From assembly GCF_004010195.1 (NCBI RefSeq), contig NC_057719.1, positions 9,220,037-9,284,036 on the forward strand: a stretch of DNA of 64,000 bases. The letters are read 5' to 3'. The translations under genes were made by a program, and so were the position numbers. The stretch is from Chiloscyllium plagiosum (lineage: Eukaryota). Positions 12,053-25,147 of the stretch are shown piece by piece. The notes beneath the pieces are model-generated. The model saw nothing but the letters and a program-made list of their open reading frames with translations. It made no database searches and was not told where the DNA came from. The first letter of the stretch is position 1, and the number at the start of each line of letters is the position of its first letter.

Positions 12053-12769
12053 ACAAAGCAATTCAAAGGGCTTTGAACTTTAGCCAAATTAAGTGGAAAA
12101 TGATAAACTGCTTCAAATACAGTGTAGACCAAGTGAAACACTACTAGACTACAAACAAGGTGAAGGTTTGCTGTTGCAGATTCAACATTAACATACAGAG
12201 ATGCACAATGACAGCTTACTCGACACATGAGATGCAGTTTGTCCTGATAACATCAAAATCATTACAGGAGCTGCCCTGGTGATGATGTGAGACAACCACA
12301 CAGCTGATGCTGCCTGTATGGAAGAATAAAGTGACTTCTGTTACAAAACACGCTTGGCATTGATTGTCACATCCCAGACGGCAGCCTCCATGAAGTTCAG
12401 AGGGTTCCAGCACGTGGAACAGTTCACAATTTACTGACCTGTCAAGATGACAGATCTAAGAGAAAAATCATGTATATTCTCCTGCAAACATATTCCTCTT
12501 GTACTCATTTTCAATCAATTATCCTTAGAATTGGAACCTTGCGGGTACAACATTCCAGGAGTCGCATCAATGCAACATAGATTATTATTGAAACTGCCCT
12601 ACACATGAGGTAGTGGATCAACCTACTATCTCTCTCTGTGAACAGTCCAGATGACATTGAAGACCATGCAGCAGTCTTCAATGAGAAAGGGATTTTCCAA
12701 TTGTCTTGCCAGGTATTCCCTCAATTAGAACCACCATCTCTACGCTGATTAGTGAGTCATTCATTGTTT

Positions 12770-13165
12770 AAAAATTCATTCATAGGATGCACATGTCAGT
12801 CTATTTATTGCCCATCCATAATTGCCCAGAGGACAGGCAAGAATCTACCATATTGCTGTGTGCCTGGAGTCACATGTAGGTCAGACCAGGTAAGGAGTGC
12901 AGTTTCCTTCCCTGAAGGACAGAGGCAGATGTTTTTTTTTCCTGACAACTTGTTTAATGACATGATCATCACCAGACTCTTAATTCCAGATTTTCTTTTT
13001 AATTGAATTCAAATTCCACCATCTGCTGTGGCGGGATTTGAACACTGGATCTTGTTGGATGCTGCCTGAACTGCTGTGCTCTTCCAGCACCACTGATCCA
13101 GAACCCAGAGCATTACGCAGTCTTTGGAGTAATAGTCTAGAGGTAATACAGGTAGGTCATCGCTT
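12770..13165 (-). mobile_element. tRNA-derived SINE, second family, with a short PLE-tail insert (about 13055-13102)
   Basis: SINE core interrupted by GGATGCTGCCTGAACTGCTGTGCTCTTCCAGCACCACT. Confidence 0.75.
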
Positions 13166-14199
13166 ACAACTGCTTTTCATGGGATGGTACCCCACACGTA
13201 TTAGATGGTACATTAGTATAATTATTCCTGCACTGTGCAATGCCCTTGAATCTTTTTGCTGGTGTTTCAGCAAGGTGTGAGAAGGTGCAGGCCATACAAA
13301 TGCACTATCATGCTCACAGAATTAGCTGCTGTCTTTCTTAACTGTCATTATCCCAGGGTTCCTGGCTGTGCCATTTAGAACTTTTTGGAAGAGCCAGAAA
13401 GGTTCATTAAGCCTCCATCTTTAAAAGCTCACCAATTTTCCTTAACGTCCCCGGGGGGGGCGAGCCTTCCCTCTGGGCACCCTGGGAAAAGTCACACAAG
13501 ACAAATACTTTGCAGGCTTCTGGCACATATGGTGGTGGTGGGGGGAGGGGGAGGTGATCCGAGGAGGTTGGCAGGTGGGTTTGCTTCAGAACATGACAAT
13601 GAAACCACTACACCCAGTGTTCCACAATGGCCTCTCTTGGCATGGGATTGTGGAGCACTTGGAACCATATTGCCCCCAGCAGCACCCATAGTTATCTTCA
13701 GACAATGATAGCAAAAGTAACACGTTGGAAGGGAAATCTAAACATCGTTCATGGTGTTTGGCATTGAGCAGCTAAGGGCCGACAGGGAATTTGCTACATA
13801 TGTGAAGAGGGACCAATTTATTGGGCCATAATGAGGGAGCAGTCAAAGGGAGATTGATTAGTTATTTGTTCCAGAGCCTGCACCACAATGATGGACCAAG
13901 TGGTCTCATTTATGCTGTATGATTCAACGATTATAGAGTGAATGTTCAAAGCACTTTCTACATCAATAGTTATGCACTGTTTATTCTTTAATCTTCTTTG
14001 CATATTGGGCCGAGCCCAACATTAGGCAGATTTGTCATTAGCAGTTAGCTCTGAGTGGCAATTCTTTAATTTGCATTAGTGCGGTACTCAATCTGTAGTC
14101 ATGTTCTCAATGAAATCACTAAAAGCTAATTTTGAATTGTACAATTATCACTCAAAAAGGAGAGATGGTTTCCTACTGTGCTTATATGTCGAAAACATT

Positions 14200-14430
14200 T
14201 GAAAGAGTGGTAGAAGCCTGGATCACACAGCCAGAAGAGGTGGTGGAAGCAGGCACATTGGTGACATTGAAGAGGCATCTGGATGTTACATAATCAGACA
14301 GAACAGACGGATATGGACCGAGTAAGGGCAGAAGGTTTGTTCTTTAGTTTAGTTAGGGCATGATAATCCGCATAGGCTTGAAGGGCCAAACGGCCTGTTC
14401 CTGTGCTATACTTCCCTTTTGTTCTTTTGA
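14200..14430 (+). mobile_element. CR1 LINE 3' end, diverged
   Basis: GAGTGGTAG..GCCTGGA...GGTGGTGGAAGCAGG...GAAGGGCC...CCTGTTCCTGTGCT. Confidence 0.7.
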
Positions 14431-14559
14431 AAAGGTGTTTGTCTATTCTCTAGCTGGACTGGAGAGACAAGTTCTCGAACAAAGTATCTGCAAGGTGCAA
14501 TGGACAGCAGATAAATCCAAGTTACCCCAGTATCATTGTGGTAATGCCACACTAGACCT

Positions 14560-15205
14560 GTAACCTTACAGCACAGGCACAGGCCCTCCGGCCCTCCAAG
14601 TCTGCGCTGATGCAGATCCTCTATCTAAACCTGTCGCCTATTTTCTAAGGATCTGTATCCCTTTGCTCCCTGCCCATTCATGTATCTGTCTAGATACATC
14701 TTAATTGATGCTATCGTGCCCACCTTTACCACCTCCACTGGCAACACGTTTCAGGCACCCACCACCCTCTGCGTAAAGACCTTTCTGCGCATATCTCCCT
14801 TAAACTTTTCCCTTCTCACTTTGAACTCGTGATCCCTAGTAATTGAATCCCCCACTCTGGGAAAAAGCTACTTGCTATCTATACCTCTCATGATTTTGTA
14901 GACCTCAATCAGGTTCCCCCTCAACCTCTGTCCTCCGAATGAAAATAATCCTAATCTACTCAACCTCTCTTCATAGTTAGCGCCCTCCATACCAGGCAAC
15001 ATCCTGGTGAACCTCCTCTGCACCCTCTCCAAAGCATCCACATCCTTTTGGTAATGTGGTGACCAGAACTGTACCCAGTATTCCAAATGTGGCTGAACCA
15101 AAGTCCTATATAACTGTACATGACCTGCCAACTCTTATACTCAACACCCTGTTCAACGAAGGAAAGTATGCCATCTGCCTTCTTGACCACTCTATTGACC
15201 TGCAT
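14560..15205 (-). mobile_element. CR1 LINE 3' fragment
   Basis: LYRTLVQPHLEYWVQFWSPHYQKDVDALERVQRRFTRMLPG motif. Confidence 0.9.
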
Positions 15206-15588
15206 TGTAATATCTAGAATATAAAGCTAACGATGTTTACCATGGCAATTGTTATTGAGTGTAGAAACATGTCTTGTTCATCTGTGTCCTTGAGGGAAGA
15301 AAAACTGCCATCCTTACCTGGTCAAGCCTACATATTATACCAGCCCCGCTGAAAGGATCTCGTAAGCCACTCAGTCCAAGAGCAGCAAAGAGATGGGCAG
15401 CAAATACTGACCCTTGCCAGTGATGTCCACATCGTATGGCGTAATAAAAAATAATCTCCAATTGCTTACACGGACTTGTATTGAACTTCTGTGACTTTGT
15501 AAAATTGGCCCAGCTTTAAAGCAGGGAGTAGCCTGACAGTAACATTTGCTTTTAAGAAGAAGAGGCGAAAACTAAGAAGGCTAGCCAT

Positions 15589-15880
15589 GGGGTGGCACGG
15601 TGGTTCAGTGGTTAGCACTGCTCCCTCACAGTGCCAGGGACCCAGGTTCGATTCTAGCCTTGGGTGACTGTCATTGTGAAGCTTGCACATTCGCCCCTTG
15701 TCTATGTTGGCCCTTTCTGGTTTCCTCCCACAGTCCAAAGATGTGCAGGTTAGGGTGAATTGGCTGTGTTAAATTGCCCAGGGATGTGTAGGCATGGGGA
15801 ATTGGATGGGATACTCTTCAGAGGACTGGCATGGACTCAATGGATCGAATGGTCTGCTTCCACGCTGTAGGGATTCTATG
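15589..15880 (+). mobile_element. HE1-type V-SINE
   Basis: GGTGGCACGGTGGTTCAGTGGTTAGCACTG head, GGTTCGATTC B-box, V-domain. Confidence 0.88.
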
Positions 15881-16561
15881 AAATGAGCTTACAGGGACAG
15901 ACTAGGTCATATTGAATAGCAGAGCAGGTTGAAGGGTCTACTCTGGCTCCTATTTTCTATGTTTCGCTTATGCATGTGGACAACAATAACCTCTTGCATT
16001 TGTACAGCACCTTTAATCAGAAAACATCCCCAGACAGGATACATAATCAAACGGAAATTGACACTGGGCCTTTGTCAGAGGATATCCGGAGATGTGCCCA
16101 AAAGCTTTATCACTGCATTGGGTTTTTAGGGGGCATTTTAAGGGAGCACAGAGAGAGGGAGGGAGGGGGAAATTGATAGTTCCATTGAGAGAATTACAGA
16201 GATTTAGTCCAGGTAGATGGATGGACAGGTTTTGGGTTAGCAACCAAAAGAAAGGTGTGCATTTAGAAAGCACCCATTTGCAGCCTTAGGACAGCTGACA
16301 GTGCTTCCCAACTGATGAACCTTTGAAGTATTGCTGTTCCTACAAATGCAGGAAACAGAGCACAACATACCTTTCCTCATTGCGAGAGCTCCTCTGAAGA
16401 TTTTCTCGAGGGTTATATTTTCATTTTCAGGGGTTACTTTTTTTTGGTTTTCAGGGGATCCTTATCCATTCTCACTATCTCAGTTATTGGGCAATGCTGT
16501 GGAGGTGGCAGCACCTTCTGTATTTGTGTTGACCTACATAATATTTGACTCACATATATAG

Positions 16562-16890
16562 GGGGAGTGGTATTATCGCTGGACTGTTAAGCCAGAGACC
16601 CAGGTAATGTTCTGGGGAACCATATCCACTGCAGATGGTGGAATTAGAATTCAACAAAAAAAAACTAGAAATCGGAGTCTAATGTTGGCCATGAACCTAT
16701 TGTTGATTAGTGGAAAAACCCATCTGGTTCTCGAATGCCCTTTAGGGAAGGAAACTGCCATCCTTACCTGGTCTGACCTACATGTGACTCCAGACCCACA
16801 GCAATGTGGTTGACTCTTAACTACCCTCTGGGCAATTAGGGATGGGCAATAAATGCTGGCTGAGCCAGCGTTGCCCTCATCCTGTGAATG
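16562..16890 (+). mobile_element. tRNA-derived SINE, second family
   Basis: Well-preserved core and tail GGGCAATTAGGGATGGGCAATAAATGCTGGC. Confidence 0.85.
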
Positions 16891-17102
16891 ACTTTTTTTT
16901 TTAAAAAAAAGAAGCTCCCATAAATAGCAATGTGATAATGGCCAAATGATTCTCTTATTCAGGGATGTGAAATGAAGAATAAAAAATTGGCAAAACGTTT
17001 CAGGTAGAATTCTGCTGTTTTTTCTCCAAATCAAAGTGGGTGCGGCAGAATCAGATTGGCATGGCCCACACATGATTGAATTGGGTTGATGAACTGAACA
17101 TG

Positions 17103-17310
17103 GAGTCATAGAGATGTACCGCACGGAAACAGACCCTTTGGTCCAATATGTGCATGCCGACCAGATATCCCAACCCAATCTATTTTCACTTGCCAGCACC
17201 CAGCCCATATCCTTCTAAATCCTACCCATCCAGATGCCTTTTAAAATGCTGTAATTGTACCAGCCTCCACCACTTCCTCTGGCAGCTCATTCCATTCATG
17301 CACCACCTCT
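17103..17310 (-). mobile_element. CR1 (HER1-like) LINE 3' end
   Basis: GAGTCATAGAGATGTAC...GAAACAGACCCTTTGGTCC reverse tail. Confidence 0.82.
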
Positions 17311-18133
17311 GCGGTTCATTTTCCAAGCTTTCTGGTCCCGTTAACGAAGTAGAAAATTGATGTTCTGCGCTCTCTCTCTCTTTCTGGCATCATTCATCAA
17401 CAGGTGATCATTTGTGATCTTTAATTTCTGTCAAATTTTCTGTCATTTGTGACAAGAATTCACTGATCTTTTCCTCTCCTTAACCTGCTTGATCTCACAG
17501 AAAGGGGAAGAAAAGCTCCCTGGTGACTGAATGAATCCAACCAGGCTCTTGTTTTTTGCAATTTGCATGAAAAATCCATGTTAAACACCTCCCTGGTGTT
17601 TTATCCATCACTGATTGTCTCCAGGAATAATTCCTGCTCTCTACAGTCATCCTTACCTGGGGAATACTCCCTGTGGCATATCAAAAAGAGATTGTTGTCA
17701 TAACCTTGAATGTTCTCCCCTGTTCATACTCCATCGTTGTGTTAACTTTCACATAGAATATTGTGCATTTGATTCATTTAGTCATGTACAGACTTTATTG
17801 AATTTCTAATCCACCAAATGCAATCATAACATGAACTATTGCCCTCCTGAATTACTATAGATTAAATCTATCACAGCGATTGACTTAAGTTATTTACTTT
17901 TAGATATACCATGAAAGAAATGAAATATTGTTGCATGCATTTCTATGTATTTTAAAAATAGAATAATGTATTTTGTTTTTTAATGCATATCGTAGTTTAT
18001 AAATAAATGGGAAATGCATATTAAACAAAATACATACATAAAAGATCATGAGAGGCAGAAACAGAGTAGATTGTGTGAATTTTTTTCCCCATACCAGACG
18101 TGTTTAAAGGCAGAGGGTATAAGTTTAAATTGA

Positions 18134-18425
18134 GGATGTGGAGGTGCCGGTGTTGGACTGGGGTGGACAAGGTCAGAAGTCACACGACACCAGGTTATAG
18201 TCCAACAGGTTTATTTGAAATCACAAGCTTTCGGAGCGCTGCTCCTTTGTCAGGTGAAGTTTGGACACCTTCACTTCAGCTCTGATGAAGAGTCAGCTAT
18301 ACTCGAAACGTTCGCCAGCTTTCTCGCTACGGATGCTGCCTGACCCGCTGTGATCTCCAGCATTTTTTGTTTTCAGGAGTCAGGATTCTACCTGTCGAAG
18401 GAGCAGCGCTCCAAAAGCTTGTGAT
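18134..18425. mobile_element. Composite PLE-tail insertion: family B inverted pair with a family C tail in the centre
   Basis: Family B antisense 18134-18260, family C 18275-18376, family B sense remnant 18388-18425; three hammerhead-like motifs. Confidence 0.65.
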
Positions 18426-18489
18426 GCATATGTCAGCTTCATATGTCAGTCCTGCCATTCCAGGTCCTTTCACATTTGGCCGTAGTCCT

Positions 18490-18770
18490 TTAAAGATCCT
18501 ATAGCAGTATTTAGAAGAGGAGCAGACAATATGTCTCCCGTTGTCCTGGTCTAATACTTATCATTCCAAACAATATCAATGAAATCGACTATCCAGTCAT
18601 TTTCACATTGCTATGTGTGGGGTCATGCTGTGAACAATTTGACTTCCCTGTTCCTGACATCAAAACACTTACTGAGCTTCAAAGTTAATGTATTGGATGC
18701 AAAGTGCTTTGGGATACCTTGAGCTCATTGGAATGTCAATAACTTTGTTAAGATACAGAGGTAAATGCTA
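18490..18770 (+). mobile_element. Deu-domain SINE relic
   Basis: TAAAGATCCTATAGCA.TATTT.GAAGAGGAGCAG...TCACATTGCT.TGTGTGGG...CTTCAAAG...ATTGG.TG.AAAGTGCTTTGGGA. Confidence 0.6.
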
Positions 18771-18778
18771 TTATTTAT

Positions 18779-19096
18779 GGTGGCTCAGTGGACCCAGCAC
18801 AGGGGACCCAGCTTCGATTCCAACTTCAGGTGACTGTCTGTGTGGAGTTTGCATGTTCTCCCTGTGTCTACTTGGGTTTCCTCTGGGTGCTCTGGTTTCC
18901 TCTCACAGTGTTCAGTTTAGGTGGATTTAGGCCCTGCTAAATTGTCCATGTAGGCTAGGTGGGTTAGCCATGTGAAGTACAGGGGTACAGGGATAGGGTT
19001 GGGGGAATGGGGATGGGTCTGGGTGGGGTACTCTTCAGAGGGTCGGTGTGAGCTCAATGGCCCGAATGGCCTGCTTCCATGCTGTATGGCTCTATG
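18779..19096 (+). mobile_element. HE1-type V-SINE, diverged
   Basis: V-domain GACTGTCTGTGTGGAGTTTGCATGTTCTCCC. Confidence 0.85.
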
Positions 19097-19665
19097 GAGT
19101 ATTGACAGAATTTATGAAAAGAGACAGTCAGGCCACTGGCCTCAATACACTGGAAGCAGACATATATGATTCTACATTCTGTGAATAAGCCAATTATCAC
19201 GAAAAGTGTTAGTGTCTAGCTTTTTCCAGTATAATAATGATGGTCGCAATATTAAAGCAAGTATAGTACACCGTTTCTTCAGCACGAACAGTCAGACAAT
19301 TGGAAAATCTTCCTCCTGCCTTTGAGACTAAGTGTCACCATTCTCAGCACTGCCCCGAGTGGATGAAGTCACTTCAGTCGACGGAGTAATTGAGCTCTGA
19401 CATCATCAAACAACAAAATGGCAAACAGGAGGCAATTTCTCTTCCCACTGCGAACAAACCACACAATCCACCAGTTCCAAAGGTTCACCTGCTGCACCAT
19501 AATTCTGCGTACATAAAACCTGCACAGTTCCATCGGTGATAGCCACACAGTACACTGGCAGTTATCTGGTCACTGCACTAACCTGCAGAGGCAACCATTT
19601 ATGTTTCGTCATACCTACAAATGGAAAAAGAAACCATCATGGCTAATTTGGTGAATACACTGCCT

Positions 19666-19740
19666 ATCAAGAGTGTGGTGTTGGAAAAGCACAGCCGGTC
19701 AGGAGAATCGATGTTTTGGGCATAAGCCCTTCATCAGGAA
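19666..19740 (-). mobile_element. Short PLE family A tail insertion
   Basis: Reverse of ATTCCTGATGAAGGGCTTATGCCC...; TSD-like GAATA(C/T)ACTGCCT on both sides. Confidence 0.7.
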
Positions 19741-19990
19741 TATACTGCCTGGTTTGGTTCTGACTTGTAAGAACTAAGGTTCAACCTGATCAAGTCCTCA
19801 TATTGCCTCATTTCCAAGATTTTTTTATTTCAAGAATTCATTAAAAATATTTTTGTATATATACGCAGTCACAAACACAGTTCTGTTCTGTATGGTAGCC
19901 TATTAGGAAACAAACTAACATTAGAGTTTGACTCTACCCAGGCAAACAAGACCTTGCTTACATATACAAAACTGCATTTACATGGTTTTC

Positions 19991-20298
19991 TAGATTAGAT
20001 TCCCTACAGTATGGAAACAGGCCCTTTGGCCCAACAAGTCCACACTGACCCTCCAAAGAGTAACCCACCCAGACCCACTCCCCGTCCCAACATTTACCCC
20101 TGACTAACGAACCTAACATTATCGGCAATTTAGCATGGCCAATTTATCTGACCAGCACATCTTTGGATTATGAGAGGAAACCCACACAGACACAGGGAGA
20201 ATATGCAAGCTCTACACAGTCACCTAATGCGGGAATTGAACTTGGGTCCTAGGTGCTGTGAGGCAGCAGTGCTAACCACTGAGCCACCGTGCCACCCC
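19991..20298 (-). mobile_element. HE1-type V-SINE
   Basis: Reverse head, V-domain and (TTAGA)n tail. Confidence 0.88.
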
Positions 20299-21129
20299 AA
20301 ATTTGAGTCACTGGGAGTGTAGCTGAATGGACCTCCAAATAACTGCAGCACGAAGACATCAGGGGTCTTTCCCGACTGCACCTTGACAGATGCGCCCCAA
20401 GCATTAGTGCGTCCCTCAGCACGTGGTCCTGTGCCAGTCTGCAACACCCAGTCTAGGTCAAGTCCTTGTTCTAATAAGCCCCCTGTGATGCACAGCAAAG
20501 GGTTACACCTCAAGAACATCTATTGCATTGAGGTGCAGGCAGTGGAACATTGCAGAAAGTCAGTGCAGGTTCACCTGGAGTCTTCAAGAATTAAAAATGA
20601 ATCCCTGAGAAACACTTCTTTTTAGCATCTGAATTTATGGGGCATTAAAGTATTTCAGATGGGAGGGAAGCAGGGCTGTTTGGCTGAGCGGTGCATGTGG
20701 GAGTGGTGAAGGCGGAAGGTTAGAAATTATAAACAGTCTCTCATTATCACTTGCAGCAATACACTCTGCTCTGAAGCAGGGCTGCATGTCACAAGATAAA
20801 AACAACGCTGGATATGAGCAAACGAGAACAAGCTGACTCTGCATATACAGCCTGAAACCATTGCCTTGAGTGTCAGTCACCATTTGTTTTGACAAACTCC
20901 TGCTCGCTGTGGTTCACAAGCCAGACGGACCCAACGGGTCAGCTGAATACAAGCTGATTTTATTTCTTCTTGTCATAATTCATGAGGTGGGGGCACCTAG
21001 CATTTCTTGTCCATGCCTGCCTTCCCTTGAGAAGGTGGCACATCGCTGCTTTCTCGAACGGTTGCCGATTGCTGGTAAGCCCTGTTCGAGTGTTAGTCCC
21101 GCAGATTTTGACCCAGTGACAGTGGGTCA

Positions 21130-21779
21130 CAGAGTCATAAAGATATAAAGTATAGAAACAGATCCTTCGGTCCAACTCGTCTACGCCGACCAGAAATCCT
21201 AAATTACTCAAGTCCCATTTGTCAGCGTTTGGCCATATCCTTCTAAACCCTTCCTACTCATATACCCATCCAGATGCCTTTTAAATGTTGTAATTGCATC
21301 ACTCTCCATCACTTCATCTGGTAGCTCATTCCATAGATGTATCATCTCCTGCCTGAAAAAAATTCCCCTTAGGTCCTTTTATATCTTTCCCATCTCACCT
21401 TAAACCTGTGCCCTCCCCTACCTTAGGAAAAAAGACATTGTCCGTTTACTCTATCCATGCCCCTCATGATTTTATAAACTTCACCCCACAGCCTCTGACA
21501 CTCCAGGGAAAACAGGCCCGGCATGTTCAGCCTCTCCCTCCAGCTCAAACCCTCCTACCCCAGCAACATCCTTGTAAATCTTATATGGTTCCAAAGGCCA
21601 TATGATTCCAATATCCCTATCCATGCCCCTCATGATTTTATAAACTTCACCCCACAGCCTATGACACTCCTGGGAAAACAGGCCGGCCTGTTCAGCCTCT
21701 CCCTCCAGCTCAAACCCTCCTACCCCAGCAACATCCTTGTAAATCTTATATGGTTCCAAAGGCCATATGATTCCAATAT
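21130..21779 (-). mobile_element. CR1 LINE 3' fragment with a 166-bp tandem duplication (21451-21779)
   Basis: CR1 tail at 21130; unit CTATCCATGCCCC...GATTCCAATAT occurs twice. Confidence 0.85.
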
Positions 21780-22054
21780 GGTTCTTAGCCAGAATGGTTC
21801 ATGGCTTGGAGGAAAATGGGCAGCTAGTGGTGTTCCCACATTCCTGCTCCTTTCCTCTACCACAGAAACACAGCGCAGAAGGGGACATTTGTGTCTGCAT
21901 TCATTCTATTATCTAGTCTCAATCTCCTGTCATTTTCTTGTACCCTCATCCACCATCTCTATCCAAATAACCATCCACACCTTCCTGAATGCCTCCGTTG
22001 AACCTGTCTCCCCAACATTTTCAGATCGTGCTTTCCATTGCCTAATGACTCAAT

Positions 22055-22391
22055 GAGAATCATAGAATCCCAACAGAATGGATACAGGCCCTTCGGCCCA
22101 ACAGGTCCACACTGACGCTCCGAAGAGTAGCCCATCCAGACCCATTCTCCAACCCTGTTATCCTATACTTTCCCCTGACCTACACATCCCTGAACACTAT
22201 GGGCAATTTAGCATGCCAATTCTCCTGCACATCTTTGGATTGTGGGAGGAAACCGGAGCACCCAGAGGAAAGCCACTCAGACGTGGGGAGAACATGCAAA
22301 CCACACAAGCAGTCACCCGTGGCAGGAATCAAACCTGGGTCCCTAGTGCTGTGAGGCAGCCGAGCTAACCACTGAGCCACCATGACACCCC
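22055..22391 (-). mobile_element. HE1-type V-SINE
   Basis: Reverse V-domain and head. Confidence 0.88.
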
Positions 22392-24049
22392 AAGTAAAAA
22401 AGCCTCTTCTCAAATCACCCTTTTGTTTCATTCACATATCATTTTAAATCTATCCCCTCTTGCTCTTTTCCCTTTTAAATCCAGGTACAGCTTCTCCCTA
22501 TCTACCTTGACCAGCCTGCTCATAATTTGGAAAGCCTCTGTCAAATCTCCTCTCGGTTCTCCTGTCTCCGAGGAGAAGGTGGTTGAATGTAGAGGCCACA
22601 GATTTCGAAGCTGGAAGAAGCGTTGGTGGGTTGCATCAGTGCATCCAGATTGTGGTGCACACGGCTGCCAATCTGCATTGCTGCTGGAGTGAGTGAATGC
22701 TCAAGAGAGTTTACTGCTGTGACCATCTACTCCACACTGTAGCTATGGGACAAAGGTACCTGCTCATGTAAGGACAGAGCTCCTCCAGGAGAACATCTCA
22801 CCAGCCTTCTGATTACTTTACAAAACTGAATACACTCTGAAAGCACTTCCGTTGGTAATAAAATACTTGATGTCATTGCGACAGACAAAACAAACATCAA
22901 TTCTTGCTTTTACAATGCAAAGAATTCGGAGGAACTAAGAAAGTCACCAAGCCTGCCTTTCGCCCCACATTATGTATTTCTTTCTCTTTTCAGTAACCAC
23001 GGGGGTTGAGGGTCAGTGCTTGTCTGGGAGATCGTCAAATTCTGTGATGGAGTCATTTGGCAAAATGAGCAGATTTGCTACTCAAAGCAAAAACAATGGT
23101 TTCAGGCTCCATTTGTGCAGCCAGCTTGCTCTCCTTTGCTAACATGAGCAATCATTTTTATCTGGTGTCAAGCAAATCACAGCAAGCAATGATGTCAATT
23201 CTAGCGTTGTCAGATCTCCGGTATCACTCTGGAGTATGGAGGCATTGGAGATTAATCTCCAACATTTTGTAAAATCCACTAAAGAAATCATTCGGGATGA
23301 TCCTGTCTTCTCTCTTTTGCTTGGGGCATCCGTTCTTATCAGTGAATGTAAAAAATAGTCCAACAATCAAAAATTAGCCAAGATCGACTCTGTTTTCCCC
23401 CTGGGTGTTGGGAGGAATTGCACAAGGTGACTGGGAATGGGAGTATGGGGCAGGATAATTGGAGGCAGGATATCATGTGTTGAAACCTCCAGGAACACAG
23501 ACAACAACAGTTGGTCACCCATTTATTGGGAACCTGTGTTCTTATGCTATGTGCTTACTTCTCCAGATTCGCATGAAGAGACTGTTCATTATTTTTGGAC
23601 AGATTAAATGAAATAGATGCTCATTCTCTCTTCAGTCTCATTATAAAATCTCTTCCAATCACCCTGCTCAGCAATGGTATTACACACGCCTCTGGAACAG
23701 GTCGGACTTGAACCTGGGTCTCTTGGAGGAGGGGTAGGGACACAACTGTGCCACAAGAACCCTTAAAATAGGGAGGCGCTTCGTCCTGGGATGGTTTTGA
23801 ACCATCTCTGTCTCATTACAATGGCCACATTAACTGTCTTTTATTTCTTCCAAGGATGTGGGTGCTGCTGGTAAGGCCAGGATTTGCTGCCCATCAATAA
23901 TTGTCCTTGAGGTGAGTGGCTTGCCAGGCCACTTTCAGAGGGCAACTAAGAGTCAACCACATTGCAGTGGGCCTGGAGTCACCTGTAGGGCAGACCAGGT
24001 AAGATTAAAATACAATTCTTAGAGCTATTGTATGGTGACACATGGGAGA

Positions 24050-24350
24050 CAGGAAGAAACCTTTTCCACTTCACAGAGGGATCAGTGACCAGGAGGCACA
24101 GATTTAAAGTAAGGGGTAGGAGGTTTAAGAGGGGATGTGAGGAAAAGCCTTTGGACCCAGAGGTTGGTGGGAATCTGGAAGTAAATCTGTAAGGGTGGGA
24201 GAGACAGAAATCCTGAGAACAAAGAAGTATTGAAATATGCACTTGTGATACCAAGGCTACAAGGCTATGGGCCAAATGCTGGAAAATGGGATTTGAATTG
24301 CTGGTTTTGACCGGTGTGGGCACAATGAGTTGAAGGGCCATTTTCTATGA
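24050..24350 (+). mobile_element. CR1 LINE 3' fragment, diverged
   Basis: CACAGATTTAAAGTAAGGGG.AGGAGGTTTA...CCCAGAGG.TGGTGGG. Confidence 0.7.
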
Positions 24351-24829
24351 TCTCAATAACTCAGTATTTTCCTCAAACTGCGGAGAATATTGCTCTGAAT
24401 GTATATAGTCCTCTTAACATACTGACAGTGCTGCAGTAATTGTACTGAAGCTGTTGCTGTGACCCATTCGATTGATTTGGGTTCTACTCAGAGTGCATCA
24501 CAACTGGAGTGAAATTATTGTAACAAACCAAAAAAGGGACACAAAGTGGAAATCGATGTTATTGGTGTCTGGAGTGCAATTGCTTCAATATACCTGGTGT
24601 AACCTTTCGCTGAGAAATTAAAACGTGTTTGTCCTCATAGAAAGGAATTGAGCCTTTTCAATTGCACAATAAATAAAAGGTGAGAGCACGGTGTGAAACT
24701 GACTTTGAGATGAAACGAAAATCAACTAAAACTTACAAATAAACGAACCATGACTGACAGTAACCAGCATTGTGTATTGGGACAATAACCAACTGTGCAA
24801 GAGGGAGGTATCATATCTGACACATTATT

Positions 24830-25147
24830 TAGATTAGATTATTTACAGTGTGGAAACAGGCCCTTCGGCCCAACAAGTCCACACCGACCCGCCAAAGCAC
24901 AACCCACCCAGACCCATTCCCCTACATTTACCCCTGCCCCGAACACTACGGGCAATTTAGCGTGGCCAATTCACCTGGCCTGCACATCTTTGGACTGTGG
25001 GAGGAAACCGGAGCACCCGGAGGAAACCCACGCAGACACGGGGAGAATGTGCAAACTCCACACAGTCAGTCGCCTGAGGCGGGAATTGAACCCAGGTCTC
25101 TGGTGCTGTGAGGCAGCAGTGCTAACCACAGTGCCACCATGCCACCC
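24830..25147 (-). mobile_element. HE1-type V-SINE, near consensus
   Basis: Highly similar to 1183-1495 and 63180-63490. Confidence 0.93.

Noticed and set aside
12655..12683. 10-bp hairpin CATTGAAGAC/GTCTTCAATG
   Set aside because: Isolated and short, with no family or motif support
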